This document shows, piece after piece, positions 48,491 through 58,242 of a stretch of 64,000 bases of DNA. This DNA comes from Spirochaetia bacterium (GTDB taxonomy: Bacteria; Spirochaetota; Spirochaetia; SZUA-6; Bin103). The translations under genes were made by a program, and so were the position numbers. The DNA is taken from positions 4,064,001-4,128,000 of the forward strand of contig OZ241863.1 in the NCBI GenBank assembly GCA_965203055.1, read 5' to 3'. The stretch's first letter is position 1. Every line of letters starts with the position of its first letter. The notes under the pieces are model-generated. The model ran no database searches. It saw only the letters and a list, made by a program, of their open reading frames with translations, and was not told the DNA's origin.

Positions 48491-49822
48491 TCAGGGCCGG
48501 ACGCGCTTGCGGTCGCGCGGGAACAGGGTGGCCTGCTTGACGCTGGCCAGACCGAGAATGGTCTGGGTGAGGCGCTCCAGGCCGATGGCGAAGCCGCCGT
48601 GCGGGGGGCAGCCGTAGCGGAATACCGACAGGTAGTCGGACATCGCGGCCGGGTCCAGGCCGAAGCGGCGCAGGTTCTCGACCAGCGCGGCGTAATCGTT
48701 GATGCGGCGCCCGCCGGAAGTGATCTCCTGGCCGCGGAACAGCAGGTCGAACGACATGGTCCGGTTACCCGCGCTGGGGTAGGTATAGAAGGGCCGCTTG
48801 CGCCGCGGGTAGCCGTACACGAACACCGCCTCGACGCCGTGTTCCGCCGCCGCCCAGTCGCACAGCGCCCGCTCCCCTTCCGGGCTGATCTCGCGCAGCC
48901 GGCGGCCGCCGGCTGCGCCCGCTACCTCGCACGCGTGATCGTGGCTGAGACGCGGAATCGCGGCCACCGCGGCGGCGTCCGGCACCTGCGCGGCCCAGCG
49001 CGCCAGAATCTCGGCCGAGGAGCGCCGCAGGCCGCCGAAGATGGCGCCGAGCAGCCGCTGCTCCAGGTCCATCAGATCATGTTCGCTGTCGATGAACGCC
49101 AGTTCCACGTCCAGCGAGACGTACTCGTTGACGTGGCGCGGAGTGTCGTGCTTCTCGGCGCGGTACGCCATGCCGATCTCGAATACCCGTTCCAGCCCCG
49201 CCGCCACCAGCGCCTGCTTGTAGAGCTGCGGCGACTGCGCCAGGTACACGGTACGGTCGAAGTATTCCACCGCGAACAGGCCGGTGCCGCCCTCGGTGCC
49301 GCTGCCGATCAGCTTGGACGACTTTATCTCGGTGAACTCCTCGGCGCGCAGATGGTCGGCGAACAGCCGCACGATCTCGGCCTGCAGGCGGAAGATCGAC
49401 AGCGTCTTCGGGTTGCGCAGGCTCACCATGCGGTGCTCCAACAGGGCGTCCAGGCTGAGTTGGCCCGGGTCCCGGTTCACCGCCAGCGGCAGTTCCGCGG
49501 CCGCGGCGGAGATCACCGCCAGCGCTTCGGCCTGCACTTCGTAGCCGCCCGGCGCCTTGTCGTTGGCGGCCACCACGCCGCGCACCTCGACCACCGACTC
49601 CAGGGTGATCGGATTGCCGGCCGCATCGGTGGGCGCCCGGCGGAACACCGCCTGACACAGCCCCGAACGGTCGCGCAGCAGCAGGAAGCACACCCCGCCG
49701 AGGTCGCGCCGGCGGTGCACCCAGCCGCGCAGCAGCACGCCGGCGCCGGCGTGGCGCGCCAACGCCGCGGCCAGGACGCGGCCGCCGCCCGCCGCGGCGG
49801 GTGCGCCGGCGCCGGCGCTCAT
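48491..49822 (-). CDS. aspS: Non-discriminating aspartyl-tRNA synthetase (short, archaeal type)
   Basis: GTEGGT, LAQSPQLYKQ, YRAEKHDT.RH, FRYGCPPHGG..IGLERL, LFPRD; in an operon with gatCAB. Confidence 0.92.
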   Translation of the reverse strand: MSAGAGAPAAAGGGRVLAAALARHAGAGVLLRGWVHRRRDLGGVCFLLLRDRSGLCQAVFRRAPTDAAGNPITLESVVEVRGVVAANDKAPGGYEVQAEALAVISAAAAELPLAVNRDPGQLSLDALLEHRMVSLRNPKTLSIFRLQAEIVRLFADHLRAEEFTEIKSSKLIGSGTEGGTGLFAVEYFDRTVYLAQSPQLYKQALVAAGLERVFEIGMAYRAEKHDTPRHVNEYVSLDVELAFIDSEHDLMDLEQRLLGAIFGGLRRSSAEILARWAAQVPDAAAVAAIPRLSHDHACEVAGAAGGRRLREISPEGERALCDWAAAEHGVEAVFVYGYPRRKRPFYTYPSAGNRTMSFDLLFRGQEITSGGRRINDYAALVENLRRFGLDPAAMSDYLSVFRYGCPPHGGFAIGLERLTQTILGLASVKQATLFPRDRKRVRP

Positions 49823-51273
49823 CCTTCCGCCTCCGGCGCCGCCGGGCGCGCGTACAACGCGTCGATCAGGGCATGCAGCCGCTCGGGATCGGCGCGGCCG
49901 GCGGTGTGGCGCATCACCTGACCCACCAGGAACCCGACCGGCTTGCGGTCTCCCGCCTCGATCTGCCCGCCGACGCGCGGGTGCTCGGCCAGCACCCGGT
50001 CCAGAATCGACTGCAGCTCGGCGGCCGCGGTGATCCGGTGCAGGCCCTCCTCGGCCACGATCGCCTGCGGGTCGCGGTTCTGCTCGATCACCGCCGCCAG
50101 CACCTGCTTGGCGATCTTGCCGCTCACCGCGCCGGACGCCAACAGCTCCAGCAGCGCCGCCAGCCGCGCCGGGGTCAGGTGACTGGCGGCCAGGGTCTCG
50201 CGCCGGCGGTTGAGATGCTTGCGGATGTCGGCGCCCAGCCAGCGCGCGGCCAGCGCCGGAGCGCCGCCCGCGGCCACCGTCTGTTCGAAGAACCGGGCCG
50301 TGTCCGGCTCCGCGGTGAGGAACGCGGCCTGCTGCGGCGGCAGTTCATGCTGGCGTTGCAGGCGGTCGCGGCGCGCCAGCGGAAGCTCCACCAGACGTTT
50401 CTCCACCGCCGCCAGGAAGGCTTCGTCAGGACGGAACGGAGGCAGATCCGGCTCCGGGAAGTAGCGGTAATCGTCCTCGCTCTCCTTGACCCGCATCGGC
50501 TCGGTGCAGTCGCGGTTCTCGTTCCACAGCCGCGTCTCCACCGCCACCCGGTCGCCGCGCGCCAGCGCCGCGCTCTGGCGCTTGAGCTCGAACGCCAGGG
50601 CGTTGCGCACGAACTTGAAAGAGTTGAGATTCTTGATCTCCACCTTGTTGCCCAGTCCGGCGCCGGGGCGATTCACCGACACGTTGGCGTCGCAGCGGAG
50701 CGAGCCTTGCTCCATGTTGCCGTCGCATACCCCGAGGTAGCGCACCAAGCGGCGAAACTGCTCCAGAAACTGCTCGGCGGCGGCCGCGGCCGAAAGATCG
50801 GGCTGCGTGACCACCTCCACCAGCGGGGTGCCGGTGCGGTTGTAGTCGAGCAGCGACACGTCGCCGGCGTGGATCATCTTGCCGGCGTCCTCTTCCAGAT
50901 GCACCTCGCGGATCCCTACCGTCCGGCAGCGGCCATCGATCTCGGCCGCAAATCCGCCCGCCCGGCCCACCGGCGCCCCGTACTGGGAGATCTGGTAGTT
51001 CTTCGGCAGATCGGGATAGAAGTAGTTCTTGCGCTCGAACACGGTGCGCGGGCTCAGCTCGCAGCCCAGGGCGCGCGCCAGCAGGTAGGCTCCGAGCACC
51101 GCCTCGCGGTTCAGCGCCGGCATGGTGCCGGGGTAGCCGAGGCACACCGGACACACGTTCTCGTTGGGCCGGTCGCCGAACGCGTTGCGGCACTGGCAGA
51201 ACACCTTCGAGGCGGTGATCAGTTGGACGTGGATTTCGAGCCCGATGTGGGCCTGGAAGGCGCCGCCGGTCAT
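49819..51273 (-). CDS. gatB: Asp/Glu-tRNA amidotransferase subunit B
   Basis: IGLEIHVQL, RKNYFYPDLPKNYQISQ, HLEEDAGK, DYRYFPEPDL. Confidence 0.97.
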   Translation of the reverse strand: MTGGAFQAHIGLEIHVQLITASKVFCQCRNAFGDRPNENVCPVCLGYPGTMPALNREAVLGAYLLARALGCELSPRTVFERKNYFYPDLPKNYQISQYGAPVGRAGGFAAEIDGRCRTVGIREVHLEEDAGKMIHAGDVSLLDYNRTGTPLVEVVTQPDLSAAAAAEQFLEQFRRLVRYLGVCDGNMEQGSLRCDANVSVNRPGAGLGNKVEIKNLNSFKFVRNALAFELKRQSAALARGDRVAVETRLWNENRDCTEPMRVKESEDDYRYFPEPDLPPFRPDEAFLAAVEKRLVELPLARRDRLQRQHELPPQQAAFLTAEPDTARFFEQTVAAGGAPALAARWLGADIRKHLNRRRETLAASHLTPARLAALLELLASGAVSGKIAKQVLAAVIEQNRDPQAIVAEEGLHRITAAAELQSILDRVLAEHPRVGGQIEAGDRKPVGFLVGQVMRHTAGRADPERLHALIDALYARPAAPEAEG

Positions 51274-52790
51274 CCTGCGGCCTCGGCCAGGGCGGCGGGG
51301 TCGAGCCAGCCGGGCGGGCGCGGCGCCGGAAACTGCTCCGCCAGCGGCGCGGCAACCCGGAACAGCAGGTCCTCGCGGAAGTGGGGGGCCATGAACTGCG
51401 CCCCGACCGGCAGGCCGGCGTGCACGGCGCTCGGCAGCGCCAGGGCCGGCAGGCCGGTCAGGTTGGCGATGCAGGTAAACAGATCCCCCTGTTTCTGCTG
51501 AAACGCGTCCAGTCCAAAGGCGATACGGACACCATCGCGGCCGCCGGTAACCACGAGTTCGCCGATGGCAAACGGAGGTACCGGGAAGGTGGGCAACAGC
51601 AGCAGATCGACCTCCCCGAAGGCGGCCGCGCAGGCGCGCCGGATCAGCGTCCGCACCCGTTGGGCGCGCTGGTAGTATTGCTCCTGGAACCCGGAGCGCA
51701 GCACGTAGGTCCCCAGCAGGATGCGCAGCTTGACCTCCGCGCCGAAGCCGGCGCTGCGCGCGGCCACGGTGAGCTCCTCGGCATCCGGCGCCTCCTCGCC
51801 GGCGGCGCGGGCGCCGTAGCGCACGCCGTCGTAGCGCGCCAGATTGGCGCTCGCCTCCGCGGTGGCGATCACGTAGTAGGCGGGCACCACGTGCTCCAGG
51901 TGCTCCAGGGCTACCGGCCGGCAGCGGATGCCGACTCCCTCCAGGCGCTCGCGGGTGGCGCGCACGGCAGCCCGCACCGCCGGATCCACCCCCTCCAGTA
52001 CGCCCTCCGGAATGCCCACCGCCAGCGCCTCCGGCGCCGGCGTCCGCGGCGGCTCGGGGTACTCCACCGAGGACTGATCGAGCGGATCGACGCCGCGCAT
52101 GATCTCGAATGCGGCGCGCGCGGTGGCGGCGTCGCCGGCGGCGATGCCGATCACGTCCAGCGAGGAAGCATACGCTACCAGCCCGAAGCGGGACACCGCG
52201 CCGTAGGTGGGCTTCAGGCCGTAGACGCCGCAGAACGAGGCCGGCTGGCGCACCGAGCCGCCGGTGTCGGAGCCGAGGGCGAACGGCACCATCCCGGCGG
52301 CCACCGCGGCCGCGGAGCCGCCGCTGGAGCCGCCGGCGACCAGCGCCTCGTTCCAGGGGTTGCGGACCGCGCCGAAGCAGGAGTTCTCGCTGGACGAACC
52401 CATTCCGAATTCGTCCAGGTTGGTCTTGCCGACCACGCGCGCCCCGGCCGCCTGCAGGCGGGCCACCGCGGTGGCGGTGTAGGGCGCGGCCAGCGGGCGC
52501 AGCAACGCCGAGCCGCAGGAGAGGGCAAAGCCGCGCACCGCGATGTTGTCCTTCACCGCAAACGGCACCCCGGCCAATGGACCCGCTTCCGGCGCGCCCG
52601 GCGCGCCCGCGCCGCTTCCGCCGCGCCCGGCATCCACTTCGGTGAAGGCGTTCAACCTGGCGTTCGCCCTGGTCACCGCGTCCCGCCAGCGCCGGGCGCC
52701 GGCCGCGGTGGCCAGCAGCTTGCGCCACGCCGCGACCGGCGGCGCGGCGGAATCCCGCGGCGCAGCGCAGGCATCTCGATCAGCAGGCAC
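51270..52790 (-). CDS. gatA: Asp/Glu-tRNA amidotransferase subunit A
   Basis: GKTNLDEFGMGSS, GGSSGGS, GSDTGGSVRQPA, NLARYDGVRYG; start approximate. Confidence 0.96.
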   Translation of the reverse strand: MPADRDACAAPRDSAAPPVAAWRKLLATAAGARRWRDAVTRANARLNAFTEVDAGRGGSGAGAPGAPEAGPLAGVPFAVKDNIAVRGFALSCGSALLRPLAAPYTATAVARLQAAGARVVGKTNLDEFGMGSSSENSCFGAVRNPWNEALVAGGSSGGSAAAVAAGMVPFALGSDTGGSVRQPASFCGVYGLKPTYGAVSRFGLVAYASSLDVIGIAAGDAATARAAFEIMRGVDPLDQSSVEYPEPPRTPAPEALAVGIPEGVLEGVDPAVRAAVRATRERLEGVGIRCRPVALEHLEHVVPAYYVIATAEASANLARYDGVRYGARAAGEEAPDAEELTVAARSAGFGAEVKLRILLGTYVLRSGFQEQYYQRAQRVRTLIRRACAAAFGEVDLLLLPTFPVPPFAIGELVVTGGRDGVRIAFGLDAFQQKQGDLFTCIANLTGLPALALPSAVHAGLPVGAQFMAPHFREDLLFRVAAPLAEQFPAPRPPGWLDPAALAEAAG

Positions 52791-52791
52791 G

Positions 52792-53130
52792 TTACAGTAC
52801 GTTGGGCACGCTGAAGTGGTCGTCCTCGCACTCCGGCGCCGCGGCGAGCAGGCTCTCCGGCGTCGCGCCGGGCCAGCGCCGGTCCGCCGCGACCACCTGA
52901 TCCGGGCGCAGCCGGTTGCGCGGTTGCAACGCATGCGTGGTCGGTTCGACGCCGTCGAGGTCGAGCGCCGCCATGACGTCGAAGTAGGAGAGGATCCGCT
53001 GCACCTCGCTGCGGAGGCGCTCGCGTTCCGCGTCGCTCAGCCGCAGCCGCGCCATGGCGGCGGTGGCGTCGAGCTCCGCTTCGCTGAGAGTAGACCCGCC
53101 GGTCCCGGCGGGCGTGGCCGGTCGTTGCAT
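52792..53130 (-). CDS. gatC: Asp/Glu-tRNA amidotransferase subunit C
   Basis: ARLRL, ILSYF, DGVEPTTH, LRPD, FSVPNVL; upstream of gatA. Confidence 0.9.
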   Translation of the reverse strand: MQRPATPAGTGGSTLSEAELDATAAMARLRLSDAERERLRSEVQRILSYFDVMAALDLDGVEPTTHALQPRNRLRPDQVVAADRRWPGATPESLLAAAPECEDDHFSVPNVL

Positions 53131-53270
53131 CGGAACCGCAACAGCATGGGTATTCGGGCGGCGCCCTGTCAAGCTCCCGCCGATTTGACCCAGGCGGAGC
53201 GGCACTCGTATAGTCTGGCAGGATCGCACCGGCCAGCGGCTGCCAGCAGCCTCGTCACGGTGCCCGCAGC

Positions 53271-54719
53271 ATGGGTGACGCGATACGGCAACGGGCCGGC
53301 AAGTCCGACTTCCCGGAGATCAACTTCTACGACCAGGACCTGGTAGACCTGTACCAGCGCTCCTGGTCCTGGATTCGCGACCAGTGGCACAAGGGGACCG
53401 ACGCCAACGGGTTCACCGCGCGCTACTTCCGCCACCCCGCGGCCGACCGCATCAACCAGTTCGAATCCTGCTTCTCGACCTTCTTCCTGGTCTACAGCAA
53501 CCGCGTCTATCCGGTAACGGCGCAACTGGACACCTTCTACCGGAAGCAGGAGGAAGATGGCGCCATCCGCGGCGAGTATCTGGTCGAAGACGGCACGCCG
53601 GTGCTGCCCCGCTCCAACCCCACCGGCGCGGCGCCGCCGCTGTTCGCCTGGGCCGAGTTCAACCTGTACCACAAGCTCGGCAACAAGAAGCGGCTGCGCG
53701 AGATCCTGCCGGTGCTGGAGCGCCACTACGAGTGGCTGGAAGCCACCCATCGCAAGGAGAACGGGCTCTACTCGGTACCGGCGGCCGCCACCATGATGGG
53801 CAACAGTCCGCGTGACGGCTGCTACTACCCGGTGGACTTCAATGCCCAGCAGGCGCTGAACGCCCTCTACCTTTCGAGGATCGGCGACGTGCTCAACGAC
53901 AAGGACACCGGCTTCAAGTACAAGCGCGCGTACTTCGGCCTGAAGACCCGCATCAGCCAGATGATGTGGGACGACGGGACCAATTTCTACTACGATCTGG
54001 ATCGTCACGGGCGGCGTCTCGCGGTGCGCACCATCGGCGCGTTCTGGACCCTGCTGGCGCGGATTCCGAACGAAGACAAGAGCGAGCGCCTGATCGCCTA
54101 CCTGAGCGACGACGACGAATTTGGCGTCGAGCACCCGTTCCCGACCCTGTCCGCCGCCCACGAGGCATACTCCCGGGATGGCGGGGGCTACAAGGGATCG
54201 GTCGTGCCGCCCTTCACCTACATGGTGATCAAGGGGCTGGAACAGTATGAAAAGTGGGACGCGGCGCGCGAGTTCGCCCTGCGCCACCTCTACTGCGTGC
54301 TCGATGGCCTGCACACCGAGGAGCGGACCCCCGGCTCCCTGTACGAGGCCTACGCGCCGCAGCAGGAGGGCGCCGCCAGGTGGCACGGCAAGCGCGGCTT
54401 TCCGCGCCAGCTCCTCATGGCCTACAACGCGCTCAGCACGGTGACCTTGATGATCGAGAACGTGGTGGGGCTGTTCATCTCGCTGCCGCGCAAGACGGTG
54501 GACTGGCGCATCCCGGCGATGGAGATCATGGGCATCGAGAACCTGCTGCTCAAACGCAACCTGATCTCGATTCTCAGCGCCAAGACCTCGCGCGGCTGGG
54601 AAGTGCGGCTGGAGTCGGAGAAGCTCTACTACCTGACCATCAAACTGCTACGCGAAGAGCGCCGCAAGACGCTGCCGATCCCGTCCGGCAAGTGTTCCAT
54701 CCTGATCGACAAGATCTAG
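53271..54719 (+). CDS. (alpha/alpha)6 glycoside hydrolase (GH63/MGH1/trehalase-like)
   Basis: APPLFAWAE, MGNSPR, VDFNAQQAL, MWDD..NFYYD, PFPTLS, KGLEQY, LYEAYAP. Confidence 0.75.
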   Translation: MGDAIRQRAGKSDFPEINFYDQDLVDLYQRSWSWIRDQWHKGTDANGFTARYFRHPAADRINQFESCFSTFFLVYSNRVYPVTAQLDTFYRKQEEDGAIRGEYLVEDGTPVLPRSNPTGAAPPLFAWAEFNLYHKLGNKKRLREILPVLERHYEWLEATHRKENGLYSVPAAATMMGNSPRDGCYYPVDFNAQQALNALYLSRIGDVLNDKDTGFKYKRAYFGLKTRISQMMWDDGTNFYYDLDRHGRRLAVRTIGAFWTLLARIPNEDKSERLIAYLSDDDEFGVEHPFPTLSAAHEAYSRDGGGYKGSVVPPFTYMVIKGLEQYEKWDAAREFALRHLYCVLDGLHTEERTPGSLYEAYAPQQEGAARWHGKRGFPRQLLMAYNALSTVTLMIENVVGLFISLPRKTVDWRIPAMEIMGIENLLLKRNLISILSAKTSRGWEVRLESEKLYYLTIKLLREERRKTLPIPSGKCSILIDKI

Positions 54720-54776
54720 CCTGACTCCCGGGCCGCAGAGTCACCTTTGCGGCGCGCCGCGGGGCCTTCGGTCCCT

Positions 54777-55367
54777 TCAGTCGAGGCGCACCCGCCCGCG
54801 CAGCGCGCGGCTTACCGTCAGCCGATCGGAATACTCCAGATCGCTGCCCACCGGCAGGCCGTGGGCGAGCTGCGACGTCACCACGCCGAGCGACCGCAGT
54901 TGCTTGGCCAGCAGCAGCGCGGTGGCCTCCCCCTCCACGGTCGGATTGGTCGCCACGATCACCTCGCGCACGCCCTCCTCCCGCACCCGCTGCAGGAGTC
55001 GATCGATGCGCAGGTCTTCCGGTCCGATCCCGTCGAGCGGCGACAGCACCCCCATCAACACGTGATAGCGGCCGCGAAACTCGCCGGTGGCTTCGATCGT
55101 CTCGACGTCCTGCGGCTGCTCCACCACGCACACGTTGCCCGGCTCACGCGTCGGATCGGTGCAAATGCGGCAGTGGTCGGCTTCGGTGTAGGCGCCGCAG
55201 ATGCGGCACGGCCGGATCCGTTCCCGCAGCGCGACCAGATCGGCCGCCAGCGCGCGCACGAAGGAAGGGTCGGCGCGCAGCAGGTGATAGGCCAGCCGGG
55301 CGGCGCTCTTGCGCCCCAGTCCCGGCAGCTTGGCCAAGGCGGAGATGAGTCGCTCGAGACTGTTCAC
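54777..55367 (-). CDS. recR: Recombination mediator RecR
   Basis: KLPGLGRKSA.RL, C4 zinc finger, YHVL.G.LSPLDGIGP, ATNPTVEGEATA. Confidence 0.97.
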   Translation of the reverse strand: MNSLERLISALAKLPGLGRKSAARLAYHLLRADPSFVRALAADLVALRERIRPCRICGAYTEADHCRICTDPTREPGNVCVVEQPQDVETIEATGEFRGRYHVLMGVLSPLDGIGPEDLRIDRLLQRVREEGVREVIVATNPTVEGEATALLLAKQLRSLGVVTSQLAHGLPVGSDLEYSDRLTVSRALRGRVRLD

Positions 55368-55383
55368 GCCGGCCGCGCGCGGC

Positions 55384-55710
55384 TTACGAGGGCCCCCCGA
55401 ACAGCCCCGGCGGCAACGGCATGCCCATGGCGGAACTGAACTCCCCGCGCAGGTGCTCCTTGACCTTGGCGGTGGCGTCGGTGAACGCGGCCCGAATCAG
55501 ATCTTCGAGCACCTCCCGTTCCGCCGGGTCGACGGCGTCGGGCGCCAGCTTCACCTGCAGCACCTCCAGTTGCCCGTTCAGCACCACTTCGACCATGTCG
55601 CCGCCGGCGCTGCCGGCCACCCGCACGGCGCGCAGCTTCTCTTCCATGTTGCCCATGTTGCGCTGCAGGCCCTGAATGACCTTGAGGAACTCCAGCGGGT
55701 TATGTGCCAT
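55384..55710 (-). CDS. ybaB: YbaB/EbfC nucleoid-associated protein
   Basis: GSAGGDMVEV..NG, LEDLIRAAF; between dnaX and recR. Confidence 0.93.
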   Translation of the reverse strand: MAHNPLEFLKVIQGLQRNMGNMEEKLRAVRVAGSAGGDMVEVVLNGQLEVLQVKLAPDAVDPAEREVLEDLIRAAFTDATAKVKEHLRGEFSSAMGMPLPPGLFGGPS

Positions 55711-57403
55711 ATGACTGCTCCTTGATTACCTCGCCGCGGAAGATCTTGACCACGCGCGCCACGTCGCTGCCCGCGGCCGCGGCGGCGCCGGCCTGCGGCT
55801 GCTCCTCCCGGGCGTCGCGATAAGCCACGTTGACGTTGACCTCGCGGCCTACCGCGGCGCTGGCCGCGGCCGCCACCGCGCGCGCCTCGCCGCTGACGCG
55901 CGCGCCGGAGTAGCGTTCACCTGCGGCGAAGGTAACCGTCACCTGATCGCCGGCCACCGCGGCCTCCCGGGCGCGTTCCAGCGAGGCCGCGAGCGCCAGC
56001 AGGTTCTGCTCGCGGATGCGGGCCCCGATCTCGGCCAGCAGGCCGGTTGCGGCCGGCGGCGCGGCGGACTGGCCGTCCGGTTCCGGCGCCGCGCGCCCGG
56101 CGGGCGCCTGCTCCGCCGCCGCGGCGCGCGGCCCCCGCGCCGGCCGGCGCGGGGCTCTGGGAGCCGCCTCCTCCGCCGCGGCGGCGGGCGCGGCGGCCGC
56201 GGGCGCCTCCGGCCGAGCGCTCGCTACGGCCGCGGGCGCCTCCGCCGCGCCCGGCTCGGCCTCGAACTGGCCCTTGATGGCGCTGACCTCGGCCAGCAGC
56301 TCGGCGGGCGTCACCAGACCTTGCGCCCGAGCCAGCCGGCTCAGCAGCAACTCCAGCTCGAAGCGCGGGTTGACCGACAGCTTCAGGTTGCGGTGCAACT
56401 CCAACAGCATCTCGCCGGCCAGCTCCAGCTCGCTCACCTGCAGGCGGGCGCGCGCCTGCGCGCTGAAGCTGTCCGGCGCGTAACCGAGAATGCCGGGCCG
56501 CTCGACCCCGTGCAGCAGCAGCAGCAGCGAGCGCAGATAGTCGGCCAACGCGATGACGAACCGCTCCACCGAGACGCCGCGTTCCAGGATGGTATCGGCC
56601 AGGGCGAGCATGGCGCCGCCGGCATCGCTGCCGATCAACTCCCCCACCTGATTGAGCTCGTCCAGACTCAGCGCGCCGACGGTGTCGCGGATGGCGTCGA
56701 GGCTGATGCGGCCGTCGCCGGTGAACGAGGCGATCTGATCGAAGGTGGTGTAGGCGTCGCGCAGCGACCCTTCCGCCTCCTTGGCGATCCAGATCAGCGC
56801 CTCCTCGTCGCTTTCGACCCCCTGTTCCGCCGCCACTTCGGCGAGCCGGGCGCGAATCTCGTCGGTCGAGAACAGGCGAAACGTAAACTGCTGGCAGCGG
56901 GAGCGAATGGTGGCCGGCACCTTGTGAATCTCGGTGGTGGCGAAGATGAAGACGACGTAGGGGGGCGGCTCCTCGATGGTCTTCAACAGGGCATTGAACG
57001 CGCTGTTGGAGAGCATGTGCACCTCGTCGATGATGTACACCTTGTAGCGCGCCGCGGCCGGCGGGAACAGCACTTCGTCCTTGATCGCCCGCACGTCGTC
57101 GACGCTGGTATTGGAGGCGCCGTCGATCTCGATGACGTCGAGCGAAGACCCGGCTGCTATCTCTTTACATTGATTGCAATTGTCACACGGTTCGGGAGTC
57201 GGTCCGGTGGCGCAGTCAAGGGCTCGGGCCAGGACTCTGGCGGCGGACGTCTTGCCGACGCCGCGCGGTCCCGAGAACAGGAAGGCATGGGCGATCCGGC
57301 CGCGCTCGATGGCACCGCGCAGCGTCGCCACGACGAACTCCTGGCCCACGATCTGATCGAAGGTGCGCGGCCGCTTGCGCGTCGCAGTCACTTCGTAGGC
57401 CAC
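55700..57403 (-). CDS. dnaX: DNA polymerase III gamma/tau
   Basis: RPRTF..IVGQE, GPRGVGKTS, EIDGASN, IDEVHML, SRCQ. Confidence 0.97.
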   Translation of the reverse strand: MAYEVTATRKRPRTFDQIVGQEFVVATLRGAIERGRIAHAFLFSGPRGVGKTSAARVLARALDCATGPTPEPCDNCNQCKEIAAGSSLDVIEIDGASNTSVDDVRAIKDEVLFPPAAARYKVYIIDEVHMLSNSAFNALLKTIEEPPPYVVFIFATTEIHKVPATIRSRCQQFTFRLFSTDEIRARLAEVAAEQGVESDEEALIWIAKEAEGSLRDAYTTFDQIASFTGDGRISLDAIRDTVGALSLDELNQVGELIGSDAGGAMLALADTILERGVSVERFVIALADYLRSLLLLLHGVERPGILGYAPDSFSAQARARLQVSELELAGEMLLELHRNLKLSVNPRFELELLLSRLARAQGLVTPAELLAEVSAIKGQFEAEPGAAEAPAAVASARPEAPAAAAPAAAAEEAAPRAPRRPARGPRAAAAEQAPAGRAAPEPDGQSAAPPAATGLLAEIGARIREQNLLALAASLERAREAAVAGDQVTVTFAAGERYSGARVSGEARAVAAAASAAVGREVNVNVAYRDAREEQPQAGAAAAAGSDVARVVKIFRGEVIKEQSYGT

Positions 57404-57427
57404 CTCGCCTCCTCCTCTTTGAAAACG

Positions 57428-57549
57428 GCCCGTCCGGCCATCTCCGACGGACTACGGCTCCTACCCGTGTCGCTTACCGCTGCTACCTTCCGGTCCTGAC
57501 GGGGTTAGGCGGCGGGCATAGCGCAGGATCGGAGACGAACCGGACGGGC
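57428..57549 (-). ncRNA. ffs: Signal recognition particle RNA (small, 4.5S type)
   Basis: Domain IV CAGGACCGGAAGGTAGCAGC; terminal GCCCGTCCGG/CCGGACGGGC pairing; conserved position before dnaX. Confidence 0.9.
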
Positions 57550-57552
57550 TTG

Positions 57553-57640
57553 CGGAGAGAGTGGGATTCGAACCCACGGTACCCGGTATGAGCACACACG
57601 CTTTCCAAGCGTGCACCTTCGGCCGCTCGGTCATCTCTCC
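57553..57640 (-). tRNA. tRNA-Ser(GGA)
   Basis: GGAGAGA stem, anticodon loop TTGGAAA, long variable arm, GTTCGAATC. Confidence 0.95.
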
Positions 57641-57694
57641 CGAGCACACAGAGGGTAGCACGCCTGCGGTTTTGCCGCGCTGCCACCCTGAAGG

Positions 57695-57784
57695 CGGAGA
57701 GAGTGGGATTCGAACCCACGGAGCCAGCATACGCGGCTCAACGGATTTCGAGTCCGCCCGATTCGACCGCTCTCGCATCTCTCC
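57695..57784 (-). tRNA. tRNA-Ser(CGA)
   Basis: Anticodon loop CTCGAAA, long variable arm. Confidence 0.95.
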
Positions 57785-57849
57785 GCGCGCCGGCGCACCG
57801 GCGCGGGCCGCTTACGCGCCCGCTCCGGCAAACGACGCTTGTGTGTCTG

Positions 57850-57924
57850 CGTGCCCAAGAGGACTCGAACCTCTGACCTCTAGATCCGCAATCTAACGCT
57901 CTATCCGGACTGAGCTATGGGCAC
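57850..57924 (-). tRNA. tRNA-Arg(GCG)
   Basis: GTGCCCA/TGGGCAC stem, anticodon loop TTGCGGA. Confidence 0.95.
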
Positions 57925-57954
57925 GAATCGGCGCGGCGCCGCCCGCCGCGCCTT

Positions 57955-58041
<87 letters not shown>

Positions 58042-58081
58042 CGGCCATGCGCGCCGCAGCCGCGGCGGCGTGCTCTCGACG

Positions 58082-58166
58082 CGGAGAGGGAGGGATTCGA
58101 ACCCCCGGAGCCGAACGACTCAACGGTTTTCAAGACCGCCTCCTTCGACCACTCGGACACCTCTCC
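58082..58166 (-). tRNA. tRNA-Ser(TGA)
   Basis: Anticodon loop CTTGAAA, long variable arm. Confidence 0.95.
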
Positions 58167-58212
58167 GAGGCGTGCACTGTGCACCGTGCGCACCGTGCAC
58201 TGCCAGAGCTAC

Positions 58213-58242
58213 AGAATATGACGGCCGCGGCCCGGTTGTCAA
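58213..58242 (-). promoter_or_regulatory. Putative sigma70 promoter of the tRNA-ffs-dnaX cluster
   Basis: TTGACA (58242-58237), 18 nt, TATTCT (58218-58213). Confidence 0.6.
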
